From the IMG/VR virus record IMGVR_UViG_3300021958_000026: a DNA stretch of 64,000 nt. One strand, given 5' to 3'. A program made the translations under genes and the position numbers. How positions within the stretch are numbered: position 1 is the first letter of the stretch; every line of letters starts with the position of its first letter. Below are positions 56,926 through 64,000 of this stretch, in pieces. Under the pieces are notes generated by a model. That model searched no databases. It was not told the DNA's origin and saw only the letters and a list, made by a program, of their open reading frames with translations. The DNA comes from an uncultured virus (IMG/VR IMGVR_UViG_3300021958_000026). Its lineage: Duplodnaviria > Heunggongvirae > Uroviricota > Caudoviricetes.

Positions 56926-58034
56926 CTTATTATATCTATCTTGTTCATGGTTTCCTGATTCCATACTTCTAACTCTGTTCTCAGTCTACCTTGTTGTTTA
57001 ACATTGTCATATCTTTTCGATGCATGTTTCTTCCACCATGCAATGACATTTTCAAATTCAAATCTATCAAAGTTCTCAGCTTTATTTAGCGTTTCTGTTT
57101 TACCCAATAATACATCACGTACATTTGTGTAACCATACTCTGACATGTAGAATCGTTTCTGTGTCGTTACATCTTGTGCAGTATTCATCACTTTACAAAA
57201 GTGTTCATATGCAGTAGTGTCATATTTTTTAAGATTTGACTTAATAATACCCACCATCTTGGTCTGCATTTTAAGTTTACGTGATGATGCACCTTTATGA
57301 ATCAATGGTTCGCTATCATTTCGTGTTTCAAACCAATCTCTTAATTCAAAGTATATTTCTTCGCCAAGTGTCAGAAGAAATTGACTTTGTGTATCTCCTT
57401 TATATCTTAGATACGGTCTCATACCATCGTACATACTTGCACCTTTGATGTTACCATACAAAGATGTAGTTTCAAATAAACAAAACTCTGTATTATATTT
57501 CTCATTTAACATTCTACGACTTGCATGAGAACAACACACAGCCGCAAGAAGTTTACCACCAAGATAATTAAATCCGAATGGTTGTACAGGGACAATATTA
57601 AATCCCATGATTGCACGTTTGTTGAAGATATCTAAGTCAGGTGTCTGACCAAGATAGACATTACGTGGTTTTGAGTTAATTAGTGGTGAACCAAAACGAA
57701 TGAACCCAACTACAGTATTAGTGTTGGTTTCTTTCACCACAAGTTTTAAAGTCTTGCCTGGATTTTCATCAGGTGAAAATGATGCAACCTTTTCAATCAT
57801 TGCATCAAAGGTTTCATTAGGAAGTTTTGCAACTTCGAAATTCATGTCCATAGGATGCATATTATGTTGTTGGAACATGTCATCTTCAAGTCCAAAACCA
57901 AGCAATGGTGCAGGTAAGTCTTTCACCCTTTCAATTTTTCTTACACGAAAATAATCATCAATACGATTAAAGTCATGGAAGTATTCCATAACTTTCGTTG
58001 CAACTTGAATTGTGTCTTGTTTAGTTAGTTCCAT
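56922..58034 (-). CDS. DUF4338/DruA-like (GNAT/Mom-related) protein
   Basis: VGFIRFGSP...PR, IVPVQPFGFNYLGGKLLA, ETTSLYG...SMYDG. Confidence 0.55.
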   Translation of the reverse strand: MELTKQDTIQVATKVMEYFHDFNRIDDYFRVRKIERVKDLPAPLLGFGLEDDMFQQHNMHPMDMNFEVAKLPNETFDAMIEKVASFSPDENPGKTLKLVVKETNTNTVVGFIRFGSPLINSKPRNVYLGQTPDLDIFNKRAIMGFNIVPVQPFGFNYLGGKLLAAVCCSHASRRMLNEKYNTEFCLFETTSLYGNIKGASMYDGMRPYLRYKGDTQSQFLLTLGEEIYFELRDWFETRNDSEPLIHKGASSRKLKMQTKMVGIIKSNLKKYDTTAYEHFCKVMNTAQDVTTQKRFYMSEYGYTNVRDVLLGKTETLNKAENFDRFEFENVIAWWKKHASKRYDNVKQQGRLRTELEVWNQETMNKIDIIR

Positions 58035-58097
58035 AAATGCTCAAAAAAAACCACTCTTTCATTATACTATAAAAGAGTGGTTTAGGTAAGTGGGTTT

Positions 58098-58601
58098 TTA
58101 GAGATTTGCTAATACATTCTCAGGTGTAGATACCTCATATGGGTCAGTCTCGATGTTATCACCAAAACCTTCCTCTGAGAATACTTTCTCTACTTTACCA
58201 TCATTCAGTACAACTGCATATCTCCAAGACCTGATACCAAATCCTAGATTTGCTTTCTCTACGGATGCACCAAATAGTTCTGTGAACTCTCCGTTACCAT
58301 CAGGTAATGGGAAGATGTTCTGAACTTTTAAATCTTCAAACCACTTGTTCATTGCAAATGTATCATTTACTGATACACAATAAATTTCATTAATACCTTT
58401 TGCAAAGAATTGGTCAGCAAGTTTATCAAATGCTGGTACTTGGTTAGTTGAACAGGTTGGGGTAAATGCGCCTGGCAATCCAAACAACACTACTCTTTTT
58501 CCTGCAAACTGGGCACCAGTACTCAGATTCTGCCACTCACCTGCAACTCTGATAGGTAGAATAACGTCAGGTACTTGTGTACCTATTTCAGGGTTAAACA
58601 T
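58098..58601 (-). CDS. Peroxiredoxin (Prx5 type)
   Basis: LPGAFTPTCS, CVSVND, DGNGEFT, RSWRYA. Confidence 0.93.
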   Translation of the reverse strand: MFNPEIGTQVPDVILPIRVAGEWQNLSTGAQFAGKRVVLFGLPGAFTPTCSTNQVPAFDKLADQFFAKGINEIYCVSVNDTFAMNKWFEDLKVQNIFPLPDGNGEFTELFGASVEKANLGFGIRSWRYAVVLNDGKVEKVFSEEGFGDNIETDPYEVSTPENVLANL

Positions 58602-58670
58602 AATATAATTCTCCTAGATTTATGTTACCCCTCATTATACAACAAGGGGTAACGTCCTGTCTAGGGGTTT

Positions 58671-59090
58671 TTAAGAAATTTCGATAGAAACTGGTTTCTT
58701 TTCTTCAGGAATTACTCTCTTAAGTGAAACACTTAAAATACCATCCTCAAGTTTTGCACCCTCTACAACAATTTCTTCTGCGAGTGTGAAAGTTCTCTTG
58801 AATGCACGAGAAGCAAGTCCTTTATGAACGAACTCCTTTTCTTCCTTAGAATCTACCTTACCTTCAATAGTCAAAGTCTCTGCCTCTTTTGAGATTGAGA
58901 TTTCGTCCCTCTTGAATCCTGCGACTGCAAGTTCTACACTGTAAGATTCATCGTCAATCTTAACAATGTTGTAAGGTGGATAGGAAACATTAGATGGGAC
59001 TGTTGCAGCCTTCTCTAACAGTTGAAGAGTTCTGTCGAACCCAATTGCGAATGGGAATGATCTCCCATAGATATCATCAAAGATAGTCAT
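58671..59090 (-). CDS. Small heat-shock protein Hsp20
   Basis: IGFDR, YPPYNI, LAVAGF, HKGLASRAFKRTFTLA, L.DGIL, PEEKKP. Confidence 0.95.
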   Translation of the reverse strand: MTIFDDIYGRSFPFAIGFDRTLQLLEKAATVPSNVSYPPYNIVKIDDESYSVELAVAGFKRDEISISKEAETLTIEGKVDSKEEKEFVHKGLASRAFKRTFTLAEEIVVEGAKLEDGILSVSLKRVIPEEKKPVSIEIS

Positions 59091-59152
59091 TACTTTTCTC
59101 CTTTATTAAGCAAGTTAAAATAGTGCATACCGATTATTCGCATATGCACTAC
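59091..59152 (-). promoter_or_regulatory. ROSE-like RNA thermometer in the hsp20 5' UTR
   Basis: 5' hairpin TAGTGCATA/TATGCACTA, then CUUGCU pairing with AGGAG with a bulged G; promoter TTGAAA-N18-TATAAT upstream. Confidence 0.65.
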
Positions 59153-59197
59153 TATTATATAGTATCAAATACTATTTTTTCAAGTGGTTTTTTTAAA

Positions 59198-59320
59198 TTA
59201 TTTTAAAAATCTATTACAAACTTTATGAAACTGATTCCGTTTCATTAGCTTGTCGTATGCTTTGAATCTGTCAATGAGAAAGTGTCCCACATTGGCAGAC
59301 CATGATGCTAAATTTTGCAT
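59198..59320 (-). CDS. Small basic protein, 40 aa (not in ORF track)
   Basis: AGGAG RBS; MQNLASWSANVGHFLIDRF...FLK*. Confidence 0.55.
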   Translation of the reverse strand: MQNLASWSANVGHFLIDRFKAYDKLMKRNQFHKVCNRFLK

Positions 59321-59418
59321 TTTAATCTCCTATGTTATTGTTACGTTCTGTGATTCTTTGACTTCTTCGGTTGTGACCTACTTGTCATTGAACTGTCACA
59401 TAATTGTAACAATACTAT

Positions 59419-59625
59419 TTAGGAGAATACTATGTTTGATTTTCCAAGTTTGTTTCTTCTTTCGATTTCTATTTTTACTTTACGTCTGAGTTTAGGTTTT
59501 TTGTTCTCATTGTAGAACTCAACTAACTCATCAATTGTTTTCTGCTTCATGTATTCATGAGAGATAGATTTCTTTTTTGTGTTTCTATCAATCTGTATAG
59601 TAGTTTTTCCAAATTTCACGGGCAT
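59419..59625 (-). CDS. Small basic conserved protein
   Basis: GGAG RBS; MPVKF...KPKLRRKVKIEIERR. Confidence 0.65.
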   Translation of the reverse strand: MPVKFGKTTIQIDRNTKKKSISHEYMKQKTIDELVEFYNENKKPKLRRKVKIEIERRNKLGKSNIVFS

Positions 59626-59657
59626 GATTTACTCCATTATTATTATTATGATTTTAT

Positions 59658-60266
59658 TTATCGTTTTTTACAACGTTGTGATGCACGGTCAATTACCTGT
59701 AAGTTGTTATGTACTACGTATGCAGTCAATACAAAGGGCAGAACCATATCTCCATATGTAAGTGAGTCTTCTTCCTCTAGAGTATAGAATGGTGATAAAA
59801 ATAATGTCTTGTGTAATATCAGTCTATCAAAACTAGGTACTTCAGGTAAAAGGGGATTTGCTTCAAAGACACAATCATAATCCATCCCTCTGTCAGTTGT
59901 CCAAACATCTGCAAATTGTAATAACCAAAATGCAGACATTGTGTATGTGTCTACACGTGGTCTTGAATCAAAGGGTATAGACCTCAATTGATTCGGATTT
60001 TCCTTTAACTTTAATCGAATCGACTCTTGTAAAGAATCCATCTTGACACTTTCCAGCAGTTGTGGATGATAGCAACACTCGTACCCCCTCGTAATTGCGA
60101 GTCTGTCCTTCGAGTCTAGATGCCAAGTTGACGGCGTCTCCAATGACGGAATAGTCAAATCTAAGTTCTGACCCCATGTTTCCGACAATGCATTCGCCTG
60201 TGTTGATACCGATACCAACATCAATCCTAGGAAGACCCATCTCTTCAAGTTCTGTAATAAGTTCAT
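59658..60266 (-). CDS. Exported/membrane protein (DUF5658-like C-terminus) overprinted on the cyclase 3' end
   Basis: Signal peptide MNLLQNLKRWVFLGLMLVSVSTQANA; LQFADVWTT...EANPL motif. Confidence 0.6.
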   Translation of the reverse strand: MNLLQNLKRWVFLGLMLVSVSTQANALSETWGQNLDLTIPSLETPSTWHLDSKDRLAITRGYECCYHPQLLESVKMDSLQESIRLKLKENPNQLRSIPFDSRPRVDTYTMSAFWLLQFADVWTTDRGMDYDCVFEANPLLPEVPSFDRLILHKTLFLSPFYTLEEEDSLTYGDMVLPFVLTAYVVHNNLQVIDRASQRCKKR

Positions 60267-61809
60267 CTGCTTTTTCTGAAATTTCCCTTGCAGATTTAAC
60301 TGCCATACCTGCGTGATTTTCACAGTCTAAGGGAGCATTCCAAAACGCCATGATACAATCTCCCATATACTTGTCGATGGTTCCACCGTTTGCAAGTATA
60401 ATTTTGGTCATTGTGTCTAAGTATTTATTAATAAGTTCGACTAAACCTTCAGGGTCATTGTTGTTTTTGTAGTATTCTGACACTGGAGTAAACCCACAGA
60501 TGTCCATGAACAAGAATGTCATCTCCTTTCTTTGTCCACCTAACACTAACATGTCAGGGTTGTCTTGTAATTGTTTGACCATGTCAGGAGATAAATACTT
60601 TTGGAACTGTTTTCTAATCTGTTCCTTGAGTTGATAAGTCTTATAGTATTGATTATATGATGCGTGACCGAAAACTATCAAGGAGGCGATAGATGAGTAG
60701 AAGGTATCGAAAAGAACGAGACTTGAAGTCCACAAATATAAACCCCCACCCACCTGAAATCCTACAACACTTAGACAACCTAACACCCCAAGAGTTGTGG
60801 GAAGTTTGTAGACCATTACCAACGTTATTAGAAGGACTGACAGAAGAAGAACAATTTCTAAAAATTCAAGATAGTAGGATTGTTGTATTTGAACTTCTTG
60901 TAAGACGGTTTGGAGAATTGAGGCTTGAACTTCGTGGGGATACATTGTACCCACTGGAGTTGAAACTGGATTATTCAGACCCTCTGCCGTTAGACCCCAA
61001 ATTAGAATCTTATCCTGAATATCTGACTGCGTAAGGTCAACTGCTGAGATTCTCTCAAAGTGATTCCAATAGGAGATTAATATGTCTCCTGTTGGAGTCG
61101 TTTCTATAGGGTCTTCTCTCCCCATACGAATCCATTCAATACCTACGTCTTCTGTGACTCTTGTCTGATAATTTGGTTGGTCGTAATATGCACGTAACAC
61201 TTCTAACACTATCGATGGGTAAATCTCATCGTTTGCAGTAACAATCAACGGCGCACTACGCACCGTTCCGTCAAAGTTTGGTGTACCACTAAATGGTGGA
61301 GTTGCAGTTGTGACTCCTACACCGTATGTGTTCTCTTGTAAGATAGGAAGAGGTGCAACGATTCCTGTAAAATTCCACGCAGAATTTTTTATGTCTCCAC
61401 CACCGAACACTGAAGTGTTAACAAATGGCGCAGAACCTTTTTGTATTTGTGCAGATGGAGCTGCAGATAAAATTGTAAGTCTGTTGATTAGTCCCTCTGC
61501 AAGTTTTAAATCTTCCTCAGGTTGTCTATCAGGTTTTGCAAAGAGTTGTGTAAACACATGAGTGTTAGTGTAATGAGAGTTGAGAAGTAAATCAGTGTAG
61601 ATACCTCTCTTGAATGGATATTGTCCGAACTCTTCTAGTGACCTTTCGTCTATGTCTACTAAGACAATATCATTACTGTGAATCTTTTCTTGTTGTTGGT
61701 GTAAGAAATCGAACCATGACCACTGAATGTTTTCTACGATGTATGGATTCCAAACTTTGAGTCCGACTAGTAACGCAATAGTTACTAAGACTGTTTTCCA
61801 ACTATACAC
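59968..61809 (-). CDS. CHASE2-domain class III adenylate cyclase
   Basis: TM-CHASE2 (IVLVDIDERSL..GQYP, DGTVR)-3TM; FMDICGFT, DKYMGD, GIGINTG, DYSVIGDAVNLASRLE; Lys/Asp pair indicates ATP specificity. Confidence 0.93.
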   Translation of the reverse strand: MYSWKTVLVTIALLVGLKVWNPYIVENIQWSWFDFLHQQQEKIHSNDIVLVDIDERSLEEFGQYPFKRGIYTDLLLNSHYTNTHVFTQLFAKPDRQPEEDLKLAEGLINRLTILSAAPSAQIQKGSAPFVNTSVFGGGDIKNSAWNFTGIVAPLPILQENTYGVGVTTATPPFSGTPNFDGTVRSAPLIVTANDEIYPSIVLEVLRAYYDQPNYQTRVTEDVGIEWIRMGREDPIETTPTGDILISYWNHFERISAVDLTQSDIQDKILIWGLTAEGLNNPVSTPVGTMYPHEVQASILQTVLQEVQIQQSYYLEFLEIVLLLSVLLITLVMVYKLPTTLGVLGCLSVVGFQVGGGLYLWTSSLVLFDTFYSSIASLIVFGHASYNQYYKTYQLKEQIRKQFQKYLSPDMVKQLQDNPDMLVLGGQRKEMTFLFMDICGFTPVSEYYKNNNDPEGLVELINKYLDTMTKIILANGGTIDKYMGDCIMAFWNAPLDCENHAGMAVKSAREISEKADELITELEEMGLPRIDVGIGINTGECIVGNMGSELRFDYSVIGDAVNLASRLEGQTRNYEGVRVLLSSTTAGKCQDGFFTRVDSIKVKGKSESIEVYTL

Positions 61810-62200
61810 GTTTTGATTCCCAATCCTCTATTGCCTTTCTGATTGAGTCTTCTGCAAGAACTGAGCAGTGTAATTTGATTGGTGGTAGTTCTAAAATTTC
61901 TGCAATCTCTTTATCTTTAATTTGTTTTGCTTCTTCTATGGTTTTACCTTTGAGTAAATCTACGAATAGTGAACTACTTGCGATTGCACTTCCACAACCA
62001 TAAGTCTTAAACTTCACGTCTACTATCATTTCGTTCTCGTCAAGTTTAAGTTGCAGTTTCATTACATCACCACAAGCAGGTGCTCCTGTCATTCCTGTTG
62101 CAACGTTTGGGTCGTTGGGGTCGAATCTACCAACTGAGAATTGTTCAGGTGCATTGAGAACACCTTCGAATCTATCGATTACTTTTTGTGAATATGGCAT
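61802..62200 (-). CDS. iscU: Fe-S cluster scaffold IscU
   Basis: GAPACGDVM, FKTYGCGSAIASSS, LPPIKLHCSVLAE. Confidence 0.93.
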   Translation of the reverse strand: MPYSQKVIDRFEGVLNAPEQFSVGRFDPNDPNVATGMTGAPACGDVMKLQLKLDENEMIVDVKFKTYGCGSAIASSSLFVDLLKGKTIEEAKQIKDKEIAEILELPPIKLHCSVLAEDSIRKAIEDWESKRV

Positions 62201-62937
62201 TAGTTACCTTGTGTTACTGTGACTGAACAACCACCAACTGTAACACAGTTTTGTGAAAGTGAATATGATTGTGTAGTTGTACCTTGTTGTAAAAGATTTA
62301 ATGTGGTTGGGTCTGAACCTGATAATGAGATGTATGCAGTATGGTTAGCGCCACTACCTTTTTGTCTGAGTGTGATGTCATTACCATCTACCCATGTTGT
62401 TAGATTGATTGTCTTTGCACCGTCATGTTGTTGTCTCACCCAAATATCATTATAATCACTATAGATAATACTTGTGAATGTATGACCACTAGTGCTTCCT
62501 TGATTTGTTTGATGACCTTGCATATGATTATTGTCACCATGTATATCTAATCTTGCATAATGACCACCACCTTCGTCACCATCATATGAGTATGTAGTAG
62601 ATGTTGCACCATCCCATGCAACACCTTGACCCCAACGGACAATGTTGTCTTGTCCATCAAGATGCCATAGTTCTATAACATTATTTGTAGTTGTATCATT
62701 TTGCTGAATGAGTGTAAGAGTCATATCTGCACCATTGACATAAGAATATGCATCATACATCTTGATAACATTGTTTGCACCAAATTGATTGATTGTGAGA
62801 TTGAAGTTATCCCCACCAGTTTGGTCAATGGTAATTTCATTGTCTGCGAATGCAACTGAACAATATGAAAGTAGGATTAACCACCCTATGATTAAGAGTG
62901 GTTTATCCTTAGTTTTTTTATTATTTAAAATATCCAT
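62200..62937 (-). CDS. Curlin-like secreted beta-solenoid protein
   Basis: Signal peptide ending AFA; repeated Q-x-G-x-x-N and alternating hydrophobic strands. Confidence 0.65.
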   Translation of the reverse strand: MDILNNKKTKDKPLLIIGWLILLSYCSVAFADNEITIDQTGGDNFNLTINQFGANNVIKMYDAYSYVNGADMTLTLIQQNDTTTNNVIELWHLDGQDNIVRWGQGVAWDGATSTTYSYDGDEGGGHYARLDIHGDNNHMQGHQTNQGSTSGHTFTSIIYSDYNDIWVRQQHDGAKTINLTTWVDGNDITLRQKGSGANHTAYISLSGSDPTTLNLLQQGTTTQSYSLSQNCVTVGGCSVTVTQGN

Positions 62938-63074
62938 AGCAAAAACATACCGACTAGAACTCCTTCTCCGAATGAAATCCACAACATGTGGTAGTCATCC
63001 AGTCTTAGTGACTTCTGCAGTGAGAACAATCTGTCCTCATGCCAGTCACGGAGTTTTTCTAGGTGTTTTAACAT
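62925..63074 (-). CDS. Small membrane protein, 49 aa (not in ORF track)
   Basis: GGAGG RBS; MLKHLEKLRDWH...WISFGEGVLVGMFLLWIF*. Confidence 0.6.
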   Translation of the reverse strand: MLKHLEKLRDWHEDRLFSLQKSLRLDDYHMLWISFGEGVLVGMFLLWIF

Positions 63075-63106
63075 ACCTTTTCCTCCATATTGGTTAGGTA
63101 TTATAT

Positions 63107-64000
63107 TTAGTTAACTTGACGTATCCGAACATCTATACTATCTCCACTATTTGTGGTGATGATACCTTCATATCCATCAACTATTGTATCTAGTGTTATA
63201 TTGGCACCAGCTGCAAATTTTAACGATATCACACCGTTAACATCACGATAAAAGACAATACCACCATCTTCGATGAAGATGTTATACTGTGAATTATCGT
63301 TCTTACCAAAGTTTGCACCTTTGATAACAAACTCACCTGAACCACCTGAAGTTTCTTGTTGGTCAGCAAGTTGTTTTGTGGTTTTTATAAGTTCTTCCAC
63401 TACATCTAGTAAGTCAACAAGGAAGTCTACATCTAAGAAATCTACATCTAATGCAGAGTATTCTAAGTCTCTTCCAGTATCTTCTAATGCATCTTGTTCT
63501 AAATCATTAAATTCTAAAAAATCTACATCCAATAACCCTTGGTCTTGGTCTAAGTCATCCTGTGCCTGTTCTTGTATCGCATCTGAGACCTCCTTAGGGG
63601 GATTTACAATGAACATGTTATCAATCATTGAGGGGGTTACATTTTGTATTGTGACTGTTGGTGTAGGTGGTGTTGCTAATGACGATACCATTGTTGCAGA
63701 ATATGCTTCTGTAAGTGTCACTTGACCACCTTCATTTGACACTACTATTTCACCTGATGCATCACCAAATGCATCTGGCAAAAGTACCACAAGTGAACGT
63801 CCAAGTTCATCTATGGTTGTTGTAAAATCTGTTCCGTTGATTGCAATTTGTGCCGTAGGTGTTGTGACACTTATGTTTCTTTTTTTGATTTTGTTTCCTG
63901 CACCTGAAGCGAATCGTGCAGTTCCCCTTGCCATTCGAATTGCCATTTTGGATTTCGATGGGTCAGGGTCGTAGTATGCCTCATCGATGTACACTATAGT
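63107..64000 (-). CDS. FecR-domain protein (5' end outside the window)
   Basis: GTARFASG...VTTPTAQIAINGTDF..T.DELGRSLVVLLP; acidic DVDFL repeats. Confidence 0.8.
   Translation of the reverse strand, partial: TIVYIDEAYYDPDPSKSKMAIRMARGTARFASGAGNKIKKRNISVTTPTAQIAINGTDFTTTIDELGRSLVVLLPDAFGDASGEIVVSNEGGQVTLTEAYSATMVSSLATPPTPTVTIQNVTPSMIDNMFIVNPPKEVSDAIQEQAQDDLDQDQGLLDVDFLEFNDLEQDALEDTGRDLEYSALDVDFLDVDFLVDLLDVVEELIKTTKQLADQQETSGGSGEFVIKGANFGKNDNSQYNIFIEDGGIVFYRDVNGVISLKFAAGANITLDTIVDGYEGIITTNSGDSIDVRIRQVN

Noticed and set aside
59121..59151. Inverted repeat before hsp20 as a CIRCE operator
   Set aside because: Sequence and spacing do not match TTAGCACTC-N9-GAGTGCTAA; it fits the first hairpin of a ROSE-like UTR

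Overview
64-kb segment of a large, AT-rich T4-like myophage genome (GC roughly 35-38% by eye). It is probably aquatic or marine and probably infects a non-cyanobacterial proteobacterium; this is inferred from the IscU, curlin, FecR and CHASE2 cyclase genes and the absence of photosynthesis genes in this window. Almost all genes are on the minus strand. Core replication genes are present (gp43 polymerase, UvsX, gp41 helicase, gp61 primase, RNase H, NrdAB with glutaredoxin), plus dispersed lysis genes and nine tRNAs. A ~10-kb block encodes probable head-packaged proteins, and there are many auxiliary enzymes: six 2OG-Fe(II) oxygenases, a radical SAM enzyme, a split carbamoyltransferase, a sulfotransferase, glycosyltransferases, a GmrSD-like nuclease, peroxiredoxin and Hsp20. 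The most unusual items read directly from the sequence are: (1) a classic A_AAA_AAG plus stem-loop -1 frameshift cassette at the end of a small lipoprotein gene; (2) a tRNA-Gly with the rare ACC anticodon; (3) a signal-peptide-bearing gene overprinted ~300 nt into the catalytic core of a CHASE2 adenylate cyclase within a FecR/curlin/IscU/cyclase module; (4) a cluster of related T-loop-containing candidate ncRNAs at 16.8-17.4 kb; (5) a ROSE-like thermometer before hsp20; (6) repeated early-promoter cassettes; (7) two genes that use a tRNA's U8-A9-G10 as their stop codon; and (8) strong GATC avoidance. Family calls come from motif recognition by eye, not from database searches.
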